Below are positions 46,423 through 58,313 of a stretch of 64,000 nt of DNA, in pieces. A program made the translations under genes and the position numbers. The notes below the pieces were generated by a model that did no database searches, was not told where the DNA came from, and saw nothing but the letters and a program-made list of their open reading frames with translations. The stretch covers positions 3,002,707-3,066,706 of the forward strand of contig NC_136205.1 of the NCBI RefSeq assembly GCF_015852565.1, read 5' to 3'. Numbering within the stretch: position 1 is the stretch's first letter; each line of letters opens with the position of its first letter. Source of the stretch: Branchiostoma floridae. Lineage: Eukaryota.

Positions 46423-47995
46423 CTGCAGTGAAAGGAAGAGGATGCGATCAATGATAACCTGGCCCTGGTACGAACGTTCGAACAAAGCCTGTTACAGTTA
46501 GCAAAACTAAGAAAATTTTTTCATTCGGGCAACCAGCACGACCGGATGATGATGAAAGAAATCTTAGTAATTCCCAGGAAAGAAATAATGGCTTTTTTAT
46601 GTAAACTATGCAAGTTAGGTCCGCATTTGCATATCCTGTGTCTGTTTATGTTTATGTTTATCTGCCAGAACTTACACATGTTGCATGTATAAAAGTCCTT
46701 TAGTGGGGAAAATAATAGATGGGATAATTTCCTAAATGATTATCCAAATTTATTTTTGTGTACCTCTCCCTAAGCTACTTACGTGCCAAATATTATGGAA
46801 ATTTGTTCAATTATCTCTGCATTTGCATATACTGTGTTAAACCTGCCAGAAATTACACGTTACATGTATCTAAGTCCTTCACTATGGAAAATAATAGATG
46901 AGAGGATGTCCTGATTAATCATTCAAATTTATTTGTCAGCATCTCTTCATCAGCTACCTGGGTTCCTTTGTCACCTTTTGTTCAAGTATCTCCTTGGAAA
47001 GAATAAAAACGCCCCAGCGGTTCCAGAGCAAGCTCCAGAGGTGCCCGAACCTACACTTCTTATTATATATTGACAAAAACTATCTTCCACTAAAAATCAA
47101 GACCAAAGCATGTCCAAGACAAAAGATTACCATGTGACGTGCTTGAGATTGACGACAGCGTTGGCGTTGTTATCCCAAAGGGACCACTGGCAGTCGTGAC
47201 CTAGTAAGAGAATACGAATGGTCTAATAAACGTGTGATCTAGTCAGTGTGTTTGTTTGTTTGTTTGTCTTTCTGTGCGTTCGAAGTTTTGCCGATATTCT
47301 AGCAGCATGAAAGGGGGCATGGAAGAGTTGCAGCATGGAAGGGGGAAGTGGTGTAATAGGATACTTGCAGAATTGAAAATATGGATAGGCTGCAAAACCA
47401 TGTAGCACATTACATTGTTTTGTTTGTTAAGAGACCAGATTCTGGTCTTCAGTAGCTTCAGATAGATCGTTTCCGTTAAGGGTATGAAAAAGTGATCTGT
47501 AGAAATATGAAATACGTGATCTATAACCAATAGGAAGCGTGACAAGCATTCTCTCCCACCGTTAAGTCCTCAGGGGCCTCTGACGTCATTGTCGTCCTGC
47601 CAGAAGGACAACAGATGGGGCGATCCGGGGTATGGATCGGTCTTGATTTCTGCTGTCGATGGGAGACATTGTCATAAAGTCATTGAGTCACACACTAAAG
47701 TGGTCATCTCATGAGACTGCGCCAAATTGCGCGAGGAAATTACGTAAAATGTAAAAAAAAAATCCTTTGTGGTTATACGAACGTGCGACGCAATTTCGTA
47801 TGAAGCCCATATAAGAAGATTATTGAAAAGATATTATTAAATGTATAAACTGCCCTGTTTCACGCCGCTTGCGCCTATTTTGCGAACATTTAGCAAAGGA
47901 AACTATCAGATGAAAGAGTTGGAAGAATACCAGCTGCAGGCTAGAAGTAAGAAGAGAAAGCCAAAAACAGACGGTACACGAGATCGAGAGGGTAC

Positions 47996-48120
47996 CATTG
48001 GAGCATTCGGCGTGCTGTTGTTGATGAATGCAAACTTTAAACTTCCACCGATGACCAATGACAACAGGGTAACAGCTGTACATGCGAAGACAGCAACGTA
48101 CTCCCACCGCAATTTCAAAA
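47996..48120 (-). CDS. NPxY/NHL gene copy A, candidate TM exon (VLKLRWEYVAVFACTAVTLLSLVIGGSLKFAFINNSTPNAPM)
   Basis: Acceptor cctttacAG and donor ATG|GTACCC. Phase 1-in, but phase 0-out, which does not match the NHL exon (needs 1). Usage is uncertain and possibly isoform-specific. Confidence 0.45.
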
Positions 48121-48516
48121 CTGTAAAGGCATATTTTAGGACACCGTAATACCGTCCAAAGGAAAAAATCATGATAATAGAAGTAGCATTCTTAGTGTTA
48201 GTAAACACTAAGAAAAAGGCCGCATATATGAACATTTTCTGTAAAACAGATTACGTTCTAGCTTAATGAGCAGAAAACCAACCATTGAAACTTGAAAATG
48301 ATGTTTTGAAGTGATGTTTTACTTGTAGAATTCTGTCAGTTTGTTTGATCAAACCAAAGGCACCGTGCGAGAATAGGATAAGATATGTTACATGTTACAT
48401 AGGATGCTACATTTACGTCAGGTGGAAACAAAAGTGAGTCCATTCATTTGAAAAATAAGATCGCTACCCATTACTTGAAGCCTAAGCCATGACAAGGTCA
48501 CAAAAGACAATCTTAC

Positions 48517-49732
48517 CACCAACGTTCTGTTGGGGACCGTTTTTCACGTGCATTGGTGCCTGATTTGCCTGAACGGTGCCATGTGTGATGGAGCTGCATC
48601 TTTCTGACCTGGTGGAGGTATCGTCATCCCCACCTGTGTATGCGACTGCGTAAGGTTCAATGTGGACATCGTCAGGGCTGACATCTTGCGTTCGTTCGTT
48701 CTTGGTCACGTTTCTTCTAGCTTCCATGTCTTCATCGTTCTCATACCTAACCGCATATGGTTCGATGTCGGCATTGCCAGGGATACTGCTTTGTATTTGT
48801 CCTCTCCCTATCGCATTATTACGTCTGGTAACGATGCCATCATTGTCATCATCTGTCTGGTATCTAACAGCATACGGAATGATGTTAAAACTCTCACCAG
48901 TGTCTGTTTGCCAGGAGGCAGATTTACCCGCTTCGGTGTCCCGACTTGCTTGTGGCTCAATGTCTGTATCCGCTTTGGGGTTCAGATCTTCCGCCGTTGT
49001 TTCGACAGTTCCTGATGATGTTGCAGTTCCTGATGTTATGAGGGTTGTATCCGACTCTGATGCAGGTAATGAAGGGTCAGGGGCGTACATGGGATTATGG
49101 TCGCATGATTTTGGCTGGTACCCCGAGGTGCAGTTTAGTGCGTTTTGCCCGTACATCGGATTGGGGGTTTCAGTGTCTGCGACATTTTGCGCGTACATCT
49201 GATTCCGGGCTTGGTCATTCTGGACGCATGCCGTAAGTGGATAGAGTACATTAGAGCGATGTAGAGTATTAACCGTGTTTCCGTCATTTCTAACAAGATC
49301 GATCTTAGCATCATTCTTAGTTGCATCGCATCCTTCAATGTTTGTTAAGGTGTTATCGGTGTTGTTCTGTTCAACGTAAGATTCCGTTGTTTCACTCTCT
49401 TCTGAAACTGTCTTGAAACACACCATGTGATCCTGACAAATGTAAGTAACTTTATGTGGTACAATATGGGCATCACCATGGTTACAATCGACAGTCGGGG
49501 CGATTTCATCAATAGCATCACCCTCTGTGGGGCTGCTCTCACCATCAATGTAGTCGTCGTCGCCATCTTTTTTACATCTGAGATCATATGGCCTGGTGAA
49601 GAGATCGCCATCATTGTCAGCCTGGCTGTAAGCAAGGTCAGTAGTTGTAGAATTCAGACCTGCTGGAGTCGTCTCGTCTTGCTGTAAATCTCCCGTGTTG
49701 TCACCCACTGAGACGTTGTCATCCTGTTGCAT
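48517..49732 (-). CDS. NPxY/NHL gene copy A, exon 1: acidic S/T/D-rich N-terminal region. It has 3x N(P/Q)MY motifs and 3x (I/E)PYAV(R/A)Y repeats.
   Basis: ATG at 49732 (ttatgcaacagG context). The 416-aa ORF is open to the donor G|GTAAGA at 48516-15 (phase 1). No signal peptide. Confidence 0.7.
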
Positions 49733-50339
49733 AAAGTCAACGATGTTGTAAAAAATGCCTTAACGCGCTACTCCCTTACAGAAAGCAAGTCACAAGCGAT
49801 CACAAATGAACCTTTATATGGATTAACGAATTTCAATGCCTTCTTGGTAATAATGTTCTGATGGGTATAAAGAACATTACTATCTATTTCTGATTTCGAA
49901 ATTGTAGGGATTCTTTTGGTTAGATTCCTGCCATACATATTTGCGACAATAATGGTCATTCTAAAGTTTCACAAAACCCTTTAAAATTCCTTCAACAATA
50001 AATGCTATTATATTTTGAAATTCTAATTCGTTCTTACAGCTTTTCTATTCCGTAACATCGCCATAGCCTATAGAATGTGGCCTTTTTGCAAATTTGCGCT
50101 ATTCCTCTCAGACATATACAGTATACGCATATTACATTGTCTATGAAAAATGTTAACATTCTTTTCAGCCAAACATTACAAGATCTATCAGCATAAAACT
50201 TAGTCACAATGAAAACAGTCAGACAATTAGGATTCTCTTTAGATCTTTCATGCAACCAATTAAAGAAAAAAAAAATTAACTATTTTTTCTCTTCCAGTAC
50301 AATCATTCCTCGTCCAATTTTTTCACGAAAAAATCAATT

Positions 50340-50420
50340 CCCGAAAAGAAATTTTACATGAATATATATATATATATGGGTTTAAGCATTTCCACGGGCA
50401 GGATTTTGCCAAGCAAAATA

Positions 50421-50470
<50 letters not shown>
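50340..50470. repeat. (TA)n microsatellite (~100 bp) followed by (ATTT)n
   Basis: tatatatata... run. Confidence 0.95.
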
Positions 50471-50476
<6 letters not shown>

Positions 50477-50994
50477 TTATTTATGACTGAATTCTAGAAA
50501 CACACGGCGCATTGGTCAGTACAGACAATTTCAGTAATCACAGGCGTTTGGCCTACGTGTGGTCTTAGATTGCCTCCGTTTTAATTCGTTTCTTTTCTTT
50601 TATTTGTTATTCTTATATGAATAATTTAAAGAGAGACATATTAGTCTGACCATTCTAATTCTTAACAATCTGTATAATATCTGAAAAAAAAATAACCATA
50701 GACAATCTGATATAATGAAATTATACTGTAATATGTCTGTGCAGAATTGCGCACACTAACAACTAGGTCACACGTTGCCTGCTATGGTGATGCTTCTGAA
50801 TACAATAGGTGTTAGAACCTGGGATGAATGATTCTGCTTGCATATAATGTCATCCTGTATTATATGGACTCATAAAAGTCAAGGGTAACAGTGGTAGATA
50901 CATATAAGGGATTATAAAGCTATTGTACACGGCTAGACCTAACAAAGTTTCTCCAAACTAGTTTGAACAAGAGTTCGGAGACCTCACACCTCCA

Positions 50995-51335
50995 TGAAAT
51001 ATTCTGATTATGCAAATAACTTTCACATTTGCATAATTCATGCTTGCTTATGTACACCTTTCACTAATTTACACAGGTCACAGTGTTGACAGCCCAATCA
51101 TTTACTACACGTACTAAGAAGAATTAGGATACCTTCAGTTAGGATAATTAATTATGCAAATTAGTGACTTATTTGCATAATTAGTATCTGCTTAACTTCG
51201 GCCTGCCACGAACTACATATGTAACATGTATTTGAGTCCTATATTGGAAAACACTGTAAATATAGATTTTCCTCATTAAGTATGCAAATTAAGTTCAAAT
51301 TTGCATAATTGCACTTCATTATGTACATCTCTGCC
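50995..51335. repeat. Three tandem ~110-130 bp repeats. Each carries an inverted pair of octamer motifs (TATGCAAAT[T/A]A...ATTTGCATAATT).
   Basis: Units at about 51010-51060, 51148-51190 and 51272-51320. ATGCAAAT is the canonical POU/Oct-binding octamer. Located in the unique spacer between the divergent paralogs. Confidence 0.6.
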
Positions 51336-51689
51336 ACAGGTACCTGCATACCAAATAGCATGGAAATCCATTATTCCTATGTTCCATTATGCTCCTTGGA
51401 AGATTTCAACAAAAATGCTCCTGCAGTTCCAGAGCAAGCCGCTAGGGGGCTCAAACATACACCACTTCTTCCTTACATCAAAAGCTATCTGCCACCAAGA
51501 AATCAAGACCATAGCATGTCCGGTTAAAAAGATACAAAAAATGGAAGTTCTGCTGCAGTACCAAGGTCACACACCAGGAGGCCCAAAATTGACCTTGACC
51601 TTCGTCTTCCCCACCCCTACCCACATACAAAATATCATCGTAGTCCATCAAGAGGTTCTCAAGTTATGATGTCCACAAATATCTGGAAA

Positions 51690-51755
51690 CAAAAACACAC
51701 AGTGTCACACACAGACACACAGACAGGCACACAGACAGACACACTCAAAACTATA
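51690..51755. repeat. (CACAGA/CA)n microsatellite
   Basis: cacacagacacacagacaggcacacagacagacacac. Confidence 0.9.
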
Positions 51756-52889
51756 CCTCCATTTTTTCATGGAGGTAACTATTATGTACTGAATTGAAAA
51801 TTTTTATGTTGGTACTTTCTCAGCTAAAAGGCGTCACTTAAAACCATCTCTTTGCTTATTCACGCATGACTTCAGGTATTCTACCTGATATTTTTGATAT
51901 TAGTTATTACTTTGGCTGAATAAAAACACACAGCCGGGGTATCCTTCTAGCCGAATTCTACTAAGGACTAACTGAGCAGCATGTACAAATTGAAAATAGT
52001 ATTCATCATTTACACAACCTTCCTTTAAATGTTCAGTACACGTTTCGACGGCCATCTTTCGCCTTCATCAGTACAAGATTTGGTACTGAAAGAGCTATGT
52101 TTGGGGTACCCGAAACGAGGAACAACACGACGTGAAGTTCCTCAAAACACGTCATTCCACACGAAACGTGCCATTTCTCAAACGCCGCTATCTTTGCACG
52201 GGTGCGGAGTTACTGTCGCGTGACGGTAACTGCACGCGTGTAAAGATAGCGTCGCTTGAAGAATAGCACGTTTCGTGCCGATTGACGAGTTTTGAGCAAC
52301 TTCACGCAAACTCCGAACGCGTGCATTACCTCGCCCCGTGCTGACTTCGCACGCTTGCTATTCCTCATATCACGGTCCCCCTATATACCTGGAAAAAGGC
52401 GACAGATGGTCGTCGAAATGTTTACTGAAGATGTAAAGACAGGTTGTGTAAAGGAAGAGGACTTTGTTCAATTGATCTACCAACCTGATGAAACTAAATT
52501 TTTATTTACGGAAGCATATACAGATGGTTACAATGCACATGTAAAGGTGTACACACGTCACAATGCTTAGATTTTATAACCTAGTTGAAGGAACTAATGT
52601 AAGATGGTAGGAAATAGTGTTGGATTTAGCAAAGATGTCAGAATGAAAAGAGTAAAACAAATCAGACGTTTGTACTCACAGTGGACGAAATTGGTGCATG
52701 CTCAGGCTCCATGTTGAGTTTTGATCGGCTTCAGTTCCTCACATCATTGCTCAAGTAGTCATGTAAGATGAACAAAGAAAATGTTGGTAAAAATAAAACT
52801 AAGTAGAGCTGGACTAGCCGCACATGGCAATATCCATTGACGATGAATAGGTCATCCGACAGGATGAAAAGAATAGAGAAGAAGAATAG

Positions 52890-53130
52890 TACGCCAAAAA
52901 GCAGTTACTCAAGCAACTGGATTTGTTTGAAACAATATCCGTTGTTTTTCGCCAGTGACACTGGAGGAAAAACCCTCTTTAACAAGATTTCTCCAGTGTC
53001 GCTGAAGAAAAACAACGGATGTTGTTTAAAACGTCTGACCGTTTCGAAAATCATATCCAGTTGCCCGAGCAACTGCTTTTTGGCGTATCTTATTACCTGG
53101 ATGTCTAACCTTCATCGACATTAGAAGACT
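52890..53130. mobile_element. Complete MITE of a family with TIR AATGTCGATGAAGGTTAGACATCCAGGTAATAAGATACGCCAAAAAGCAGTTGCTCGGGCAACTGGATATG
   Basis: Terminal inverted repeats at 52895-52960 and 53045-53125. Partial copies of the family occur at ~7300-7400, 8150-8260, 29375-29470, 32200-32320, 36330-36410 and 37230-37350. Confidence 0.7.
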
Positions 53131-53689
53131 AGTCCTAAATAGAATGTGATGCCACAATGTCCATTCCTGCAAAAACATACTTAGCATCACTTGCACACGC
53201 ACCTACTTCCATGGCGCTCGACCAGGGTTGTAGCCAGCCTGAAATCATTTTCAGTCCCCTTGATTTTTAATGGGAATCCTATCGAGCACCGAAGGCATGG
53301 CGTGACGTTGCGCGTCATTTCTAGGGGGTCTGGGTCCCAGAAAATTTTTAAATCAAGACCCTCTGAAACACTATTTCCTGCATTTTGAGGTGCAAATTTT
53401 GCTTGTAGGCTAAGCTGTTCAATGTCATCTGTTTTGGTGAGGAAGAACACATGGGTTTCTTTTTTTTAATATCTTTACTTATCAATTTTTGTCTGTCCCT
53501 GGGGACTGAATGGGGAAATTTGTTTTCAGTCCCCAGCTGCAAAATTCCTTCAAAGGACTGAAGGACAGATGCTGGCTACAACCCTGCTCTCGACTAAGCG
53601 AACGATTAGACACCAGCCTTCCAATTCTTTCAGTATCCTTTACACCACTTACGACTTACTGAACACATTTTCGTTTTGCAACACACACA

Positions 53690-53835
53690 CAACGGTAGAG
53701 CGTTCGGCTCGGAACCTAGAGGTTCTGAGTTCGATTCCCGCCGTGCCACGCCCCGACGTTGTGCCCTTGGGAAAGGCACTTTACACGACATTCCTCACTT
53801 CACCCAGGTGTATAAATGGGTACTTTCTGTCTGTA
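53690..53835. mobile_element. tRNA-derived SINE copy (GGTTCTGAGTTCGATTCCCGCCGTGCC...GGCACTTTACACGACATTCCTCACTTCACCCAGGTGTATAAATGGGTAC)
   Basis: Same family. Located in the spacer of the palindromic duplication. Confidence 0.65.
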
Positions 53836-56631
53836 CCGTGTATGTGGCACTGTTAATATAAGTTACCAAAACTTGAATGCAGTGCCACATCGTCCCAGTC
53901 TGTACAAAAAGCAAAATACAAAAAAAAAAACAAAAAAAAACAAGACAAAGAGACAGACGTACCAACTGAGAATACATCCGATAACAACCGTAACCGTCGC
54001 TCCAGGAATGTGATGTAAGACCCAGACCCTTCTGAAACTGACGCAGACGTATTTTGTACTGATTCAAATCCTATCAAGGAGAATCCTATTAAAACAATGG
54101 GACGTACCATTTTTTCAAGGGGGTGTTGCACAGAACTTTTTACATTGCGTATTCATTAATGACATTTGCATAAGTAAACAATAACAATAAATGAGGGAAG
54201 ACGCCCACATGGATTATGCGAAGTTTTCCTCTTTTGAATCAGCTTACCAAAATACTGTATATATATGTGGTATAAAACAACCAATCAAGAAACAACACAG
54301 ATATATGGTCAGGTCTTACATAAGTCAGCCAGCAACACCCCCTTGAAAAAATGGTACATCTCATGTTTTCAATTGGACTCCCTCGATACGACTTTACCCA
54401 GAACAGAAATACGTCTGCGTCAGTTTCAGAAGGCGTCTCGGTCCAACATCACACCATCCCTGGAGCAACCGTTGATACCTCCGTGAATTTGGATGTATTT
54501 TAGTCAGTTGGTGTGTCTGTCTCTTTATATTTTGCATCCACAGTTGTGTGTATGTTGCAAAACGGAAGAAGTATAAGTCAGAAGTGGTGAAAAAGGATAC
54601 TTAGAGAATTGGATGTATTGCACGGCTGATTTACAATCGTCCTCTTAGTTGAAAGCCATGGAAGAGCGTGCGTAAAAGTGAAACATGTCTATGCTGGATC
54701 ATGGAATGGATATGGAAGCATCACAGTTTATTTGATATTCTTCTTCTTTCTTCCTTTTATCCTGTCGGATCTTATCCTCCATAGAAGGCTCCCTGTGGCC
54801 TTTTTTTTGTTGCTCATAATACACTTTTGCTGACCATTTCGTTTTGTACTGGGTCGCTGATTGCCGGTCGTAGCTGAAATCCGGCAATCAGCTTCCCAGT
54901 ACAAAAAGAAATGGCCAGCAAAATTGTATTATGAGCCAAAAAAGGCCCCAGAGAGCCTTCTATGGAGGCTAGTTGGATCTGTTCATCATCAATGGACATT
55001 GCCATGTGCGGCTAGTCTGGCTCTACTTATTTTCTATTATTTTACCAACATTTTCTTTGTTTGCCCTAAATGAATACTGGAGCAATATATAACATTGATG
55101 TAGTCAGTAAGGATGTGAGGGACCAAAATCAAGATGGATCCTAAGGATGCACCATTTCCGTCCACTGTGAGTACAAACCGTGTTTTGACTCTTTTCATTC
55201 TGACATCTTTGCTAGAGCCATCACTATTTCCTTATCATCTGATTATCAAGTATTCTGCCTTTACATGTGTCTTGTAATTATTTGAATATTGTATGCTATT
55301 CAGTCACTAGGGCTAGCTCTTTGTAGCATGATTCGCACGGAATAATCCTGACTGTATTGGCATTTTGTTTATTTAGCTAAACTAATAAATCAAATAACAA
55401 ATAGTTGAACGCATGAAGTCATATGCAAATTATGCAAATGCATTTTAAGTAACGCCCAGTGCTCTATACAATTTACCAAAGAAAAAGTTTGGATCATTTT
55501 TTTTTCAATCAGATGAGAAAGTACTAAGCTCATACAATTTCAATTTCAGTTCACGGCATACGGCATAATAGTTCAAACAAGTCTTGAGAAATTTTGTTCA
55601 GGACAGGATGGCCCGAATAATTGGTCAGGATGGCCCGAAATTAGGCCATTATTTTGTTGGGAAAAATCCTATCTGTGGAAATGCTTAAACGCACTAAAAT
55701 TCTAAAAAGAATCGAATTACGAGCGTATCATTTATACAGCGTTCTAACACCTATCGTATTTTGAAGCAACACCATAGCAGGCAACATGTGACCTAGTTGT
55801 AAGTGTGCGCAGTTCTGCACAGACATATTACATCATGTTAGATTGTCTATGAGTATTTTTTTAGAAAAAAAAACATATTAAAAGATCAATCGTTACATAG
55901 ATTGGTCAAAATTAGAATAGTCAGACTAATATGGCTGTCTTTGAATTATTCATACAAGAACAATAAATAAAAAAATAAATTAATAAGGAGGCAATCTAGG
56001 ACCATAAATAGGCCAAATGCCTTTGATTACGGAAATTGTCTGTACGGACCAATGCCCCATGTGTTTCTAGAATTCATTCATATATATTCTAAAATGTAAT
56101 TCCGTTTTGTGGAATTGTTTTTTCTTCTTCTGAAAATTGGAAAAGGAATTATTGTAATGGAAAAGAACTAAATAATCTAATCTGGGTTTCTTTTACTTTG
56201 TTGTATGAATAATTAAAAAAGAATCATTTTTGTCTGGCTGTTTTAATTTTGACTAATTTGTATACAGATTGACAATGTAATCTTTTTGTCTAAATATTCA
56301 TAGACAATGTAATATGATAATACTGTAATTTGTCTATCCAGAATTGCGTAAAGTTGAGAATATGCCACATTTCATCGGCTATGGTGATTTTATGGAATAG
56401 AATAGCTGTTAGAACGAATTAGAAAATATAAATATAGAATACAACACGGTGTATTCCGTATCACCCGAGGTACCAGCCAGACCGCGGGTCGGATCGCACG
56501 ACGGCCGAGAAAACCACTGTTTTGATGCGAAATGCGCCAGAAGTTGAACAAATTTGTTGCCCTCGAAAAAAAAGCGTTGCAAGAGTAATGTTCCAACGTC
56601 CGAATCAGGTATTCGAACTGTCGATGGTATG

Positions 56632-57642
56632 TCACTATGATTCGTCCATTACTTGAATATGCTGACATTGTTTGGTGTGGCCTTCTCGGCAAAGATTGTG
56701 ATCTTCTTGAGTCTGTCCAGATGGCCGCGGCACGAGTTTGTACCGGAGCCATGAGAGGCACTAAACATGAGAGCTTGTTAGCCGAGGTTGCATGGGACAC
56801 ACTAGCGGACAGAAGGAAAAAGCACCAGTTGATTCAGTTTTGGAAAATTATGAATGGTCTCGCACCACTGTACTTACATAATATTATCCCTCCACGTATC
56901 TGTGATACGGTCCCTTACAACCTTCGCGCAAACCAAAACCTTACTTCCATTGCCTGTAAAACTGAAAAGTATAAAAGATCCTTCCTACCTTCAACTGTTC
57001 ACTTGTGGAATGAACTGCCTACGAATGCTAAAGCCGTCCTTTCGATCAACACTTTCAAAAAAGAGCTGGACTCACTATTCAACAAGCCGACAAAATACTC
57101 CCATTTCTCTTATGGCCAAGGTCGTTCCGCAGTTCATCTTACAAGGCTCCGTCTAAACTTCAGTCAGTTAAACTACCATCTATTTCAACACCATTGTATT
57201 GATTATCCTACATGTAAATGCGGCTATCATTGTGAAACAACCGAACATTATCTACTACACTGCACACTCTATACTAGCCAAAGAAGTTCTTTGTTATCGG
57301 CTGTCTCAAATATTATAGTAGACCTAAAGCACCTCAACGACACTACTTTATGTACTTTACTGTTATCAGGATCAACATCTCTCTCACATCAACAGAACTG
57401 TAACATTTTTGATCTTGTCATTACCTATATCCATTGTACAGGCAGGTTCTCCTAATTGATTCAGCACCAACTTGTCTTGTTTAAATTTATTTTTCTGTTA
57501 TCCATTTTGTACTTATGTATGTAATGTCGTTTACTATTCTTGTTTTATGCGTATGTTTCTTGAGTAGAAGGCTTAATATAAGCAATTTGTGCTTTCCGCC
57601 TCATACTCGCAAAATATATGTGAATAAAATAAAATAAATAAA
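56632..57642 (+). mobile_element. 5'-truncated non-LTR retrotransposon (LINE). It keeps the ORF2 C-terminal tail with a CCHC motif and an (AAATAA)n 3' end, flanked by ~18 bp target-site duplications.
   Basis: ORF 56637-57455 translates to the conserved LINE ORF2 tail (LLEYADIVWCG...ESVQMAAARVCTGAMRGT...LADRRKKHQLIQFWKIMNG...CKCGYHCETTEHYLLHC). The TSDs are AACTGTCGATGGTATGTC at 56613-56630 and AACTGTCGATGGTACGTC at 57643-57660. Confidence 0.8.
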
Positions 57643-58313
57643 CTGTCGATGGTACGTCCACTCGAAACAGTTCGATTTATTCGAATGGAGCCCGTGTGAT
57701 AAGCCCGGGCCGTACGGAAAGTTATCACCCGGTCCGGAACACCCGTATCGAACGTTTTTGCGTCACAGGTATGACATAATAGTATTTATTGCTGAAAAAA
57801 GTCGAACAATATCTCCCACCCTATTTAGTTAATGGTTGTCTTAAGAACTATTGTTCTCGCAAACAGTTTGTTAGGCCTAAGCTTATAAGAAAAAAGGGTG
57901 ACATTACCGACCATGCCAGTAAAACCTGCCAACCCTAACCTTTTGGAGGGATAAAACACTGTAAAAGGACATAAAAAAACTTCCGTCACCTTATTTCTGC
58001 TGCAATAGACAAGTGTGTTTGAATTGATGTATGTCTAAAATGTGATGTTGATAATGGCAGTGCTCTCGTGCATTCCAGTTTTACATTATCAAAATTTCTC
58101 ATAGGATCACTTGGACAGAAATCTAAACAAAGCCCTACAATTTCAAAAACAGAAATACATAGTTATGCCCTTTATACCTGTCACAACATTTTCGCTAAGA
58201 AGGCATCAACATCTGTTGATTCATATAAAGGATGTTCATTTGTGACGATAATTGACATCGTAAGAGTTTTGCTTTCTGTAAGGAAGTAGCGTGTAAATTA
58301 TTTTACAACATCG

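Larger units (their letters stand above)
44900..50800 (-). repeat. Left arm of a large palindromic (inverted) segmental duplication. It carries the minus-strand TM-NHL gene copy.
   Basis: The reverse complement aligns with about 55640-63650 over flanks, exons and introns. Examples are 45100-45384 vs 63297-63509 and 50380-50790 vs 55640-56060. Confidence 0.85.

Noticed and set aside
50340-50470. A regular short repeat array that could be taken for a CRISPR-like array.
   Set aside because: It is a simple (TA)n dinucleotide microsatellite in a eukaryotic genome. There are no spacers, no cas genes, and the context is metazoan.
51301-51669. A 122-aa ORF overlapping the octamer-repeat region.
   Set aside because: It spans tandem repeat units and a low-complexity tail. 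There is no start context or domain, so it is likely spurious.
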